Of a stretch of DNA of 64,000 nucleotides, positions 47,545 to 56,105 are shown one piece after another. The notes below the pieces were generated by a model. That model was not told the origin of the DNA, did not search any database, and was given only the letters and a program-made list of their open reading frames with translations. The DNA comes from an uncultured Candidatus Saccharibacteria bacterium. GTDB taxonomy: Bacteria; Patescibacteriota; Minisyncoccia; UBA6257; WO2-44-18. The position numbers and the translations under genes were made by a program. The stretch covers positions 18,824 to 82,823 of the forward strand of contig CAZWVU010000002.1 of assembly GCA_964637575.1 (NCBI GenBank). The letters run 5' to 3'. Numbering within the stretch: the first letter of the stretch is position 1; every line of letters starts with the position of its first letter.

Positions 47545-47608
47545 AATATACCTAAATTTTTTATTATTGTCAAGGATTCTTGACAAATAACTGCACGCAA
47601 GCTATATT
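47545..47608. promoter_or_regulatory. Back-to-back divergent consensus promoters
   Basis: TTGACA-17 bp-TATATT on both strands; the -35 boxes form the palindrome TTGTCAAG-gatt-CTTGACAA. Confidence 0.7.
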
Positions 47609-47610
47609 GT

Positions 47611-47807
47611 GGAGGCACTTTGATCGCTGGCCGCCGGCTTCCCGCCGCTACGGCCGGATACTCTGACTGCGGTCTGACGACCGCGCTCGCGCTAAGCCCC
47701 TCGCCCTCGGCTACGCGCGCTCTACGTTCTACGGGCGTTGCCGCTTCGGGTTGTTGACCCGCTGGCGGTAAAATTTCAAGCCCCGGGTGCGCACCCGGGG
47801 CTTTTTT
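47611..47807 (+). ncRNA. Candidate structured small RNA (about 195 nt)
   Basis: Consensus promoter upstream, GC-rich hairpins, terminator AAGCCCCGGGTG/CACCCGGGGCTT + T-run. Confidence 0.5.
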
Positions 47808-48135
47808 ATTTGCTGAAGATCAAGCTCTCTAATCCATTGGCGATCGCGTGGAACATCCAGACAAAAATACTTCCCACGCCTTTGAAAAGAATAAGCAGTA
47901 CGGACCAGATCGCATCGAGGAAGGTGCTGATCGGCTTGCCGGCTCCGGGAAGATTACTGCTGATAGTCTGGCTGTTCGATCCGAAATTAAAATCCTGCAG
48001 CATATTGAAGAAATTTTTCACCGGCGCCGGAATTACCGACCGGAGCTCCTGCAAGGTTGGAAGTGCCGCAAACGCGCGTGCGCCCAAGGCGAGCGTCCCG
48101 ATTAAAATACATGCCAGAATCAGATGTCGTTTCAC
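47806..48135 (-). CDS. Hypothetical secreted/membrane protein
   Basis: Signal-like N-terminus, amphipathic C-terminus; TATACT 6 nt before GTG. Confidence 0.65.
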   Translation of the reverse strand: MKRHLILACILIGTLALGARAFAALPTLQELRSVIPAPVKNFFNMLQDFNFGSNSQTISSNLPGAGKPISTFLDAIWSVLLILFKGVGSIFVWMFHAIANGLESLIFSK

Positions 48136-48156
48136 TGTTTCAGTATAGCAGGGGCG

Positions 48157-49431
48157 TTAGCGGGTCGGGAAATAATCCTCGGGATTGATCGTAACGCCGA
48201 TCGGCACGAGGCCGGACACGCCGTCGAGTTTTTCCAGCTGGACGCCTTTGCCAAGCGACTGATCATCCCAGTAAAGGCCGAAGTGCAGGTGGGCGCCGTT
48301 GCCGCTGGAGCTGCTCTTCACAAATCCGGTGTTCCCGCTGTAGCCGATCAGCTGGCCTCGTTTTACCGTATCCCCCACGCTGACAATGGTATTCTTTGAA
48401 AGATGCGCGTACAGCGTCGCGAGATTATTGCCGAGGTGGATCAGGACATATTTCCCGTATTCAATGCGGCCGTTGTTGTCCACCGCGGTAACGGTGCCGT
48501 CGGCGACGGCGTACACCGGAGTTCCGATCACCGCGCCGAAGTCCACGCCGTTATGCGGCTTGCAGTGGTAGTACAGACATGAATAAGGCGTGAGGCCATA
48601 ATGCTGGGTAATGTAGGGATTCTGAAGCGGCCAGGCGATCATCCCGGGCTGCTTGGGAGGCAGCAGCGATTGGTTGAATGATTGCCGGAGCTCGGTTTCA
48701 ATCGCGTCGATCTCGTCGTTGATCTCCAGCTGCTTTTTCTGGAGATCGCTGATCTGCTGTTCATACACGCGCTCCTGATCCTGCGTTTGCGCGAGCAGAG
48801 TCTGCCGGTCGCTTTTCTGGTCCTGAATGATCGCTTTGCGGGCCTTGAGATTCAGTGCTTCTTCGGACATTTTCTGCTTTTTGTCAGTAGTTTCCGCCAA
48901 CTTTTCATTAAGCTGGCTGTTCAGGGTTTTTAAGTTCTGGAGCTCCAGCGCCAGCCCGCTGTTCAGTGTTTTGATATTTTCTCCTTCCTGGAAACCCGCC
49001 GCCAGGCTTTTGGTTTTAAGGAGAAGCATGAGAAGGCTTTCGTGATCTTTCTGATACAACTCCCGGACAAGTTCAATGACGGCGGTTTTCTTGGTCGTGA
49101 TCGCCGCGGTGATATCGTTGATATCCAGCTGGGTGGCCTGCAGCTCCAGGCCGAGTTTATCAATGTTGATCTGGCTGGATTTAATCCCCAGGTTCAACTG
49201 ACTGATGCTGTAATCAATGCTTTTTAATTGTTGTGTAAGGGAATTTTTCTGCCCCTGCGCCGCCTCCAATTGCTTGGAAATCGTGAGGATCTGGCTGTTA
49301 ATTTCGCTCAATCCTTTCGCCTTATCCGCAATCGCCTGTTTCAGTTCTTCCGCCGTGGCGGCTGAAGCAGTGATCGGAAGCGCGCCGGCCAGAAAAATAA
49401 AAAGCAGGATGCCGACGTTAATCTTCCTCAT
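48157..49431 (-). CDS. M23 peptidoglycan endopeptidase with coiled coil (EnvC-like)
   Basis: Signal peptide, coiled coil, HNGVDF, YAHL, HLHF. Confidence 0.92.
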   Translation of the reverse strand: MRKINVGILLFIFLAGALPITASAATAEELKQAIADKAKGLSEINSQILTISKQLEAAQGQKNSLTQQLKSIDYSISQLNLGIKSSQINIDKLGLELQATQLDINDITAAITTKKTAVIELVRELYQKDHESLLMLLLKTKSLAAGFQEGENIKTLNSGLALELQNLKTLNSQLNEKLAETTDKKQKMSEEALNLKARKAIIQDQKSDRQTLLAQTQDQERVYEQQISDLQKKQLEINDEIDAIETELRQSFNQSLLPPKQPGMIAWPLQNPYITQHYGLTPYSCLYYHCKPHNGVDFGAVIGTPVYAVADGTVTAVDNNGRIEYGKYVLIHLGNNLATLYAHLSKNTIVSVGDTVKRGQLIGYSGNTGFVKSSSSGNGAHLHFGLYWDDQSLGKGVQLEKLDGVSGLVPIGVTINPEDYFPTR

Positions 49432-50827
49432 GCGTGGTGAGTTTATCTATCGCAATCTGAATGCGGCGGATCGATTCCTTTTTCCCGAGCGCATCCATGA
49501 TTTCAAACGGACCGGGCGATGCCTCCTGTCCGGACACGGCGACCCGGAGCGGCCAGAGCACGTCGCCCTTTCCCCGTGCTTCGGCAAGCGGCAGCACTAC
49601 CGCCTCGATATCCGGCTTTGAAAATACGGAATCCTTCATGGCGCCGACTTTTTTTTCTATTTCCTGCAGATTTTCCCGCGCGGACTGGCGCGTGGACTTT
49701 TTCCAGATCAGCGTCTTGGCTTCATAATCCGGAAGTTCATAAAAGAAACCTGCCAGTTCTTTGAACTCGCCCAGCCGCCGCATCCGCTCTTTCGTCAATT
49801 CCACGATTTTCAAATTTTCTTCACTGATCTTCAGGCCAAGTAATTTTGCCAGTTCTTTCGCGCCCCGCTGTTTGATGTATTGCGCGTTGAACCAGTCCAG
49901 CTTGTCGGTATCAAAGACTGCGCCGGCCTTCTGGACCCGGGCCAGATCAAATTCTTTCGCCAACTCTTCGCGCGTAAGTATCTCCCGATCGCCTTGCGGG
50001 TGCCAGCCCAGAAGGGCGGTAAAATTCACAAGTGCCTCGGATAAATAGCCCTGCTCCCGGTATTCCTGAATGGCCGTGGCGGAAAAACGCTTGGACATTT
50101 TGCTCCGGTCGGGATTCAGGATCAGCGGCAGATGAGCATACGCGGGACGCGTAAATTGGAGCGCCTCCTGAATGCAAATCTGGCGCGGCGTATTCGCGAG
50201 ATGTTCTTCGCCGCGGATTACGTGGGAGATTTTCATATCCTCATCGTCTACCACCACTGCAAAATTATAGAGGGGCGAGCGCTCGTCTTTCGCGATGACG
50301 ATATCCCCGATCAGCGTTCCGTCGAAAGAAACTTCGCCGCGGATGATGTCCTGGAAGGAGATTTTCTCCTGCGGGATGCGGAAGCGGATTACGGATGCCC
50401 CGCCGGATTTCTTTTTCGCCGCCGCCTCTTCCTGCGAACGCGCACCGCACTTCCCGCTGTAACGCGGCGCCACTCCTTCTTTCTGCTGACGCTCCCGTTC
50501 GGCATCAAGCTCTTCTTTCGTGCAGAAACAATAATATGCTTTTCCCGAGGAAAGCAGGGCCCGGAGATGTTTTTCATATACGTCGAGCCGGTCGGTCTGA
50601 CGGATCGGACCCTCATCCCAGTCGAGGCCGAGCCATTTCAGGCCTTCGATAATATTTTCTTCAAAACGTTTTTCGGATCGTTCAAGATCAGTATCTTCAA
50701 TGCGAAGAATGAATTTTCCGCCATGGTGGCGGGCGAACAGCCAGTTAAAAAGCGCCGTGCGGGCGGTGCCGACGTGGAGATACCCGGTGGGGCTGGGGGC
50801 GATGCGTACTCGTACTTCTTGTTTCAT
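49418..50827 (-). CDS. gltX: Glutamate-tRNA ligase
   Basis: RIAPSPTGYLHVG, LRIEDTD, KMSKR. Confidence 0.98.
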   Translation of the reverse strand: MKQEVRVRIAPSPTGYLHVGTARTALFNWLFARHHGGKFILRIEDTDLERSEKRFEENIIEGLKWLGLDWDEGPIRQTDRLDVYEKHLRALLSSGKAYYCFCTKEELDAERERQQKEGVAPRYSGKCGARSQEEAAAKKKSGGASVIRFRIPQEKISFQDIIRGEVSFDGTLIGDIVIAKDERSPLYNFAVVVDDEDMKISHVIRGEEHLANTPRQICIQEALQFTRPAYAHLPLILNPDRSKMSKRFSATAIQEYREQGYLSEALVNFTALLGWHPQGDREILTREELAKEFDLARVQKAGAVFDTDKLDWFNAQYIKQRGAKELAKLLGLKISEENLKIVELTKERMRRLGEFKELAGFFYELPDYEAKTLIWKKSTRQSARENLQEIEKKVGAMKDSVFSKPDIEAVVLPLAEARGKGDVLWPLRVAVSGQEASPGPFEIMDALGKKESIRRIQIAIDKLTTHEED

Positions 50828-50836
50828 AAGGGTGGC

Positions 50837-51973
50837 TTATGCCTGCCACAAGGATAATATATCCGAGGCTATTTTGTCAGCTGCCCCGGGTGTGGCGAAA
50901 TCCCCGGCGGCACCCGCCATTTTTTTCCACACCCCGGCGCTGCCGAGAATTTTTTCAATCTGGGTCAGGAAAATGCTCGGAAGGAGGTTTTCCTGCTCGA
51001 TCACGACCGCGGCGCCGGTCTCGGCATAGGCATAGGCGTTGGATTTCTGGTGGTCGGCCGCCGCTTCCGGAAACGGCACGATAATTGACGGCTTACCCTT
51101 GGCCGCTATTTCAAAAATGGCGCCGGCGCCGCCGCGCGACACGATCAGGTCCGCGGCATCCATCGCCCGGCTGACGTCATCCAGGTATTCTGAAAACACG
51201 TAATTTTTCTTGAGAATCGGTGAGAAATTTTTGGTAATAAAATCGTACTGCGCCTTATACTCCCTGAATTTTTCTTTTCCCACGGAATGGATTACCTGAA
51301 ACTTCAGAAGCAGAGATTCAAGATTACCGATGACAAAATCATTCATCCGGTTTGAACCCTGCGAGCCGGCAAGAAACAACACCACCGGCTTCTCCGGATC
51401 AAGGCCGAATGTGCGTTTGGCCTCCTCGCTGGAAACGCGCGTAAGAAATTCCTGGCGAACAGGATTGCCTACAATCACCAGCCGGCCGCCGGGTTTTTTG
51501 AAGTACGGCACCGCCGAACTGAACGCGACATCGATCACCTTCGCGAACCGCGCGGAAATAGAATTGCTCAGCCCCGGAACGGTGTCGGATTCGTGGATGG
51601 CCAGCGGTATGAAATAAAAACGGGATGCCAGCACGATCGAGAGGGCGCCGGGGCCGCCTTTGGAAAACACCACGTCGGGCATGAACCAATATAATTTCCA
51701 AAGACCCTGAAAAAAACCGGCAAAGAATTTGAAAAAATCAACAATGTTCAGCAGGGAAAAATACCGCCGCAACTTGCTGCTGGGGATGTGGGAAATCCGG
51801 ATCTCCTGCGCGGCCAGCATTCCGGCGTAGCTTCCCGGCTGGCCGAAATACCGGAAATCGGCCTGAAAACCGTTCCGAAGCGCCCATTCCCGGAGCTTTG
51901 CCGCAACCGCAAGAATCGGATATATGTGTCCGCCCGTTCCCCCGCCGGTAAATAAAATGCGAAGCTTCTTCAT
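50837..51973 (-). CDS. murG: MurG glycosyltransferase
   Basis: GGGTGGHIYP, HESD, GNPVR, GSQG, HQ..NA. Confidence 0.96.
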   Translation of the reverse strand: MKKLRILFTGGGTGGHIYPILAVAAKLREWALRNGFQADFRYFGQPGSYAGMLAAQEIRISHIPSSKLRRYFSLLNIVDFFKFFAGFFQGLWKLYWFMPDVVFSKGGPGALSIVLASRFYFIPLAIHESDTVPGLSNSISARFAKVIDVAFSSAVPYFKKPGGRLVIVGNPVRQEFLTRVSSEEAKRTFGLDPEKPVVLFLAGSQGSNRMNDFVIGNLESLLLKFQVIHSVGKEKFREYKAQYDFITKNFSPILKKNYVFSEYLDDVSRAMDAADLIVSRGGAGAIFEIAAKGKPSIIVPFPEAAADHQKSNAYAYAETGAAVVIEQENLLPSIFLTQIEKILGSAGVWKKMAGAAGDFATPGAADKIASDILSLWQA

Positions 51974-52011
51974 AACGGATAATAATGAAATTATAACACA
52001 ACAAAGCCCGA

Positions 52012-52470
52012 CTACGGTCGGGCTTGCATGGTATCGGCGCGCCATACGGTCGCCTCCATGATAACTTTTTTTGATTGCGCGAGCTCTTTGACGAGGACGC
52101 GTGCGCCGATGATGAGCGCGGGGTCCGGCCGGGGAGCAATGGCGCTGATCGCCGGTTCGTATTCCTTCCGTGCGAAAGACTTCCAGCGCTGTTCCGCATA
52201 CACCGCGAAAAAGGCGTAATGCGGTTCACCTTTCAATCCCCAGAATTTCAAGATTCTGTGTCTGCCGAAAAATGCAAACTCCTGGCCGGCGAGCACTCCT
52301 TTGCCGTCTTCGTAAATATCGATATAGCCAAGCCAGTTGGCACGGCCCTCATGTCCTTTTTGAAACGGCAGGTGGCGAAACTGATCCACGCCAATCGCCC
52401 GGAACACGGAATCGCGCCGCGCGGGCGGCCATGTAGAAAAGTCCGGAGGCGTTGTTTTCCAGTCGAACAT
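52012..52470 (-). CDS. Orphan hypothetical inserted between ftsW and murG
   Basis: About 152-aa ORF, SD GAGG, terminator GCCCGAC-tacg-GTCGGGC. Confidence 0.65.
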   Translation of the reverse strand: MFDWKTTPPDFSTWPPARRDSVFRAIGVDQFRHLPFQKGHEGRANWLGYIDIYEDGKGVLAGQEFAFFGRHRILKFWGLKGEPHYAFFAVYAEQRWKSFARKEYEPAISAIAPRPDPALIIGARVLVKELAQSKKVIMEATVWRADTMQARP

Positions 52471-52504
52471 AGCCAACCTCTTACAAACTGCTTGCTTCAG
52501 TATA

Positions 52505-53587
52505 TCAGGAATATCTGGATATGTTACTAACTATGCCACCGATCGTCATAAACACGGCGAGCGCGGTGCCGCCATAGCTGATGAATGGCAGGGGCACGCC
52601 GGTCAGCGGCAGAATCCCGGAAATGGCCCCGATGTTCACGAACACCTGGAGACTGATAAGCGACCCGTATCCCACCAGAAGCAGTTTCCCGAATTTGTCG
52701 CTGGTTTTCCGTGCTAGCAGGAAAATCCGCATAACGAGGATGCCGAACAGCGTGATGAGCGATATGGATCCGATAAAGCCGAATTCCTCCGCCAGGACCG
52801 CAAAGATGGAATCGCCGATCGGCTCCGGCAACGCGCTGATTTTTGTCGTCGATTGGCCGTATCCCACTCCGGCAATGCCGCCGGCGCCGATCGCATTCAA
52901 TGCCTGATTAAGATGGTATCCGCCCGCAAGCGGATCGGCGTTGGGTTTCAGGAAATTGGTGATCCGCTGCATGCGGTACGGCGTGGCCACGATCAGCGCC
53001 GCGATGATGGCTCCCATCACCGCGCAAAAAATTCCAATATGCCAGAGCCGCGCACCGCTCACAAAATACACGATCATCGCGGACAGGAAGAGAATCACCA
53101 CGGTAGATGTCGCCGGCTGTTTGAGTAAAAGTCCGCATACCAGCAATAAAAGCGCCATCATCGGAACGGTCCCCTGCCAGAAATTATTGGTGCGGCGGCG
53201 CTGGCCGGAAAGCCAGGCGGCGAGATACAGGATCACTGTCAGCTTCGCGAATTCCGCCGGCTGGAAAGTAACCGGTCCGAGTCGCACCCAGCGCTCGGCT
53301 CCGCCCGCCTGGAATCCCAAAGGTGTAAATACCAGCGTAAGGAAGACGATGCTGATCAGGAGCAGCGGCACCGCGAATTTCTGATAGCGGCGGTAATGCA
53401 TTTTGTAGGCAATGAAAAATCCGAGGATGCCGAAACTTAACCCGTAATAAATCTGGTGTTTCAGATAATAAAAACTGTCTCCAAACTTGCTCTCGCCGAG
53501 ATTGGAAGAGGCGCTATTGAGGACGACTAGCCCCAGCAGCACCAAGAATGCCAGGCAGGCCAGTATTACATAATCGGGCTTATGCAT
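52505..53587 (-). CDS. ftsW: Cell division SEDS protein FtsW
   Basis: GAERW, FQPAEFAK, EEFG, LPLTGVPLPFISYGG. Confidence 0.95.
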   Translation of the reverse strand: MHKPDYVILACLAFLVLLGLVVLNSASSNLGESKFGDSFYYLKHQIYYGLSFGILGFFIAYKMHYRRYQKFAVPLLLISIVFLTLVFTPLGFQAGGAERWVRLGPVTFQPAEFAKLTVILYLAAWLSGQRRRTNNFWQGTVPMMALLLLVCGLLLKQPATSTVVILFLSAMIVYFVSGARLWHIGIFCAVMGAIIAALIVATPYRMQRITNFLKPNADPLAGGYHLNQALNAIGAGGIAGVGYGQSTTKISALPEPIGDSIFAVLAEEFGFIGSISLITLFGILVMRIFLLARKTSDKFGKLLLVGYGSLISLQVFVNIGAISGILPLTGVPLPFISYGGTALAVFMTIGGIVSNISRYS

Positions 53588-53591
53588 TTTC

Positions 53592-55100
53592 CTAACTCTT
53601 TTTCAGAATTTTTCCCGCCATGACGGGCAGAAGCGTTCCTTCCTGTACCGCCGGTTTGCCGTTGACCAGCACATGGGCAACGGAAACCACTCCGGATTTG
53701 ATGGAAATGAGATTGCAGTCAGCGGCGTATCCCTCGGCGATCCGGCCCCGATCCTTCAGGCCGAATATCCGGGCCGGCACGTCGGTGATTTTTTCGATCG
53801 CCTGCGGCAGGGAAAGCGTTTTCGCGCGCAATACGATTTCCAGAAACTTCGGGAATGTTTTCAAAAAACGGTCGTGTTTGATTGCTTTCGCACGCCCCGG
53901 CAAACTGGCGCCGTTGGAAGCGATCAGCACCTGGTCACGTTCCAGATTCTGGGTCAGCACGTCCAGGTTGATATTGCGGTAAAACACCGTGGCGCGGAGA
54001 CCGGTTACTTTCATCACCCGGAGCAGCGCTTCGGCGGCGCTCACCTCCTGCGAGTCGGCGATCTGATGAATCGTCTTGCCAAGCAGGTACTCCCGGCCTG
54101 GCGCCTGGGAAATCCTGATGTCGTCGCCCTTATGCCGGGCCAGATCCTTCAGCAGCCGCGCTCTGGTTTCCGGATTTTCAATATAGGAACCCATGGTTTC
54201 CAGAGTGCCGACCTTCGCCCATGCCGGCAGAAGCGTATAGATAGGAACGACTGTTTCTCCGAACGGATAACAATCGACGTAGATATCGGCTTCCCGTGCC
54301 CGCTGATGGATCAGCTCCAGCGCTTTCCGGTAATCATGTTCGAAACCGATAAGGGGTTTGAAGTGACTGATCAGAGCCTGCACGCCGGTTTCTTCCGCCA
54401 GTTGGATTGTTTCCGCGACGGAAGCCGCCACCCCCTCTTCCTCATTGCGAAGATGCGTCGCGTACACGCCGCCGCGCTTCGCCACCACGGCCGCGAGTTC
54501 TTTCAGTTCCGAATACGGAATCCGACCGCCGTGCGCATACCCAAGCCCGGTGGACAATCCGAACGCTCCCTCTTTCATCGCCTGCTCAACCACGTACTTG
54601 AAACTTTGCAGCTCCGGCATAGTAAGATCGCGCGCGTCCTCCCCAACCATCGCCCGGCGGATCGTGGAATGCCCGATCAGTGTCCCGAAATTCACGCCGA
54701 GCGGCCGCCGGTCCAGCACTTTTAAAAATTCCGCCATAGTATGCCAGTTGATGTTGACCTGGCTGGTATCCGTCCACTTGCGGATCGATTCCAGACTTCC
54801 ATACAAAAGCGGCGCCAGCGACGAGCCGCAATGGCCGCCGAAAATCGTCGTGACCCCCTGCAGCAAAAAATCCTGCTGTTCCGGATCGGTAAACAGCGAA
54901 AGTTGGTGGTCGGAATCGGTATTGACGTCAATAAATCCCGGCGTGAGGTAGAGGCCGAGACCGTCAATCACCACGTCCGCTTTTTTGCCGGGAAATTTCC
55001 CGATCGCGGAAATTTTGCCGTCCGAAATCAAAACATCGGCCGCGTACGGCGTCTTTTTCCCGGTGCCATCCACAACCTTGGCTCCTTTGATAAGGACCAT
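53592..55100 (-). CDS. D-aminoacylase-like amidohydrolase with a degenerate active site
   Basis: PGFIDVNTD, QGVTT..G.CG.S, THLRNE, ISH, PA..FGL.DRG.I..G..AD. Confidence 0.85.
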   Translation of the reverse strand: MVLIKGAKVVDGTGKKTPYAADVLISDGKISAIGKFPGKKADVVIDGLGLYLTPGFIDVNTDSDHQLSLFTDPEQQDFLLQGVTTIFGGHCGSSLAPLLYGSLESIRKWTDTSQVNINWHTMAEFLKVLDRRPLGVNFGTLIGHSTIRRAMVGEDARDLTMPELQSFKYVVEQAMKEGAFGLSTGLGYAHGGRIPYSELKELAAVVAKRGGVYATHLRNEEEGVAASVAETIQLAEETGVQALISHFKPLIGFEHDYRKALELIHQRAREADIYVDCYPFGETVVPIYTLLPAWAKVGTLETMGSYIENPETRARLLKDLARHKGDDIRISQAPGREYLLGKTIHQIADSQEVSAAEALLRVMKVTGLRATVFYRNINLDVLTQNLERDQVLIASNGASLPGRAKAIKHDRFLKTFPKFLEIVLRAKTLSLPQAIEKITDVPARIFGLKDRGRIAEGYAADCNLISIKSGVVSVAHVLVNGKPAVQEGTLLPVMAGKILKKS

Positions 55101-55195
55101 CTTACTAAAAGTATATCATACGGCTTGCCTGTCCCGGCCGCCGCCAACCTCTCGTCGGACTCGGACATCCGGGAATTTCCTCGGGCTGACTCGCC

Positions 55196-55256
55196 CCTGC
55201 CTCCTTCTCCTCGCCAGGACGTCGGGCTACAATCCTGCCTGCGGGAAGGAGGCAGG
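55196..55256 (+). repeat. Dispersed hairpin repeat family A, copy 4
   Basis: Invariant apex; outer stem CCTGCCTCC/GGAGGCAGG. Confidence 0.9.
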
Positions 55257-55312
55257 AGCTTCCAACTTTTCTAACCGCGGAATTTCTTTGGTTACCTCGC
55301 TGGATTTCTTTC

Positions 55313-55361
55313 TGTCATTGCGATCCCTCACATAGAATCCTATGTGAGGGAGAAGCAATCT
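55313..55361. repeat. REP-like palindrome (GTCATTGCGA...GAAGCAATCT type)
   Basis: GTCATTGCGA-T-CCCTCACATAG-aatc-CTATGTGAGGG-AGAAGCAATCT. Confidence 0.55.
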
Positions 55362-55427
55362 TACATTTAAATGTTCTTATCGGCGTCGCGTTTTTTTAAA
55401 TAAAGGAAAACCGACCATCATGGTCGG

Positions 55428-55712
55428 TTATAAGAGTTTGATTCCACAGTCGGGACAGTAGCCGTAGGGAGATGTTCCGCCGCGTTCTTTTCTCTCGAGC
55501 GCGATGATCGCCCGGAGGAAGTCATGGTGGCAGGAGTTGCAGGTGCCGCCAAAAAATTCTTGATCTTCTTCCCGGCGCTTCGCCATTTCTATAATGCTGT
55601 CAGCGTCAAGGCGAACCGGCATTTTGGCGCCGCAGGAATTGCAAAATCTCGCAATTTTTCCGAGTTTTCTCGGACATCCCGGGCACTGAATAAGTCCGGT
55701 GGCGTTACTCAT
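55428..55712 (-). CDS. Double zinc-ribbon protein
   Basis: CPGC, FCNSCG, CNSC, YCPDCG; SD GAAAGGAG; terminator at 55408-55430. Confidence 0.75.
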   Translation of the reverse strand: MSNATGLIQCPGCPRKLGKIARFCNSCGAKMPVRLDADSIIEMAKRREEDQEFFGGTCNSCHHDFLRAIIALERKERGGTSPYGYCPDCGIKLL

Positions 55713-56064
55713 TCGCCGCTCCTTTCGGACACAAAGGGCAATCGGCGCGCGTACGTCCCGCCGGCGCTTCCAGGGGAAAATTCTGCCGGCGCACTGCGGC
55801 ATCGCGGCGCCTTAGAACCATCCGACATACCAATCCTCCAAGACGTGCGAGGCAATAGCCGCCGACAAGGCAAGCCAGAACAAATAGGGGCGCATGCGCA
55901 ACTCGTCCGTCTTTGTGGCCGAAAAAAAGCGTAATATGATCCAGATCGATTGCAACAGCAACCACGCCGCCGCATACGCAAGCAAGAAATGTAAAAACGG
56001 AGCGCGGAGCATGTACGACCAGTTTATGATAGGCCAATGAAGCTCGATTCCATCCAGTGCGCAC
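55705..56064 (-). CDS. Membrane protein, frame B of the overlapping pair (DLDH and RxxH motifs)
   Basis: GTG start; GGVVAVAIDLDH...GRVAH; stop overlaps the next ATG (ATGAGTAA). Confidence 0.55.
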   Translation of the reverse strand: MRTGWNRASLAYHKLVVHAPRSVFTFLACVCGGVVAVAIDLDHITLFFGHKDGRVAHAPLFVLACLVGGYCLARLGGLVCRMVLRRRDAAVRRQNFPLEAPAGRTRADCPLCPKGAANE

Positions 56065-56066
56065 AT
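55812..56066 (-). CDS. Membrane protein, frame A of the overlapping pair (H and SHxxxD motifs)
   Basis: ATG after SD GAGGTG; two TM helices, FLHFLLA and IASHVLEDW. Confidence 0.55.
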   Translation of the reverse strand: MCALDGIELHWPIINWSYMLRAPFLHFLLAYAAAWLLLQSIWIILRFFSATKTDELRMRPYLFWLALSAAIASHVLEDWYVGWF

Positions 56067-56105
56067 CGGCACCTCGTGTTAAGCAGCTAAAAAAATAATA
56101 CGACT

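Noticed and set aside
16471-55256. Family A repeats as a CRISPR array
   Set aside because: Copies are kilobases apart, not regularly spaced, and no cas genes are present.
55915-55930. T7 run as a programmed frameshift joining frames A and B
   Set aside because: Either shift direction drops at least one of the four putative metal-ligand motifs, so it does not rebuild a full enzyme; not formally excluded.
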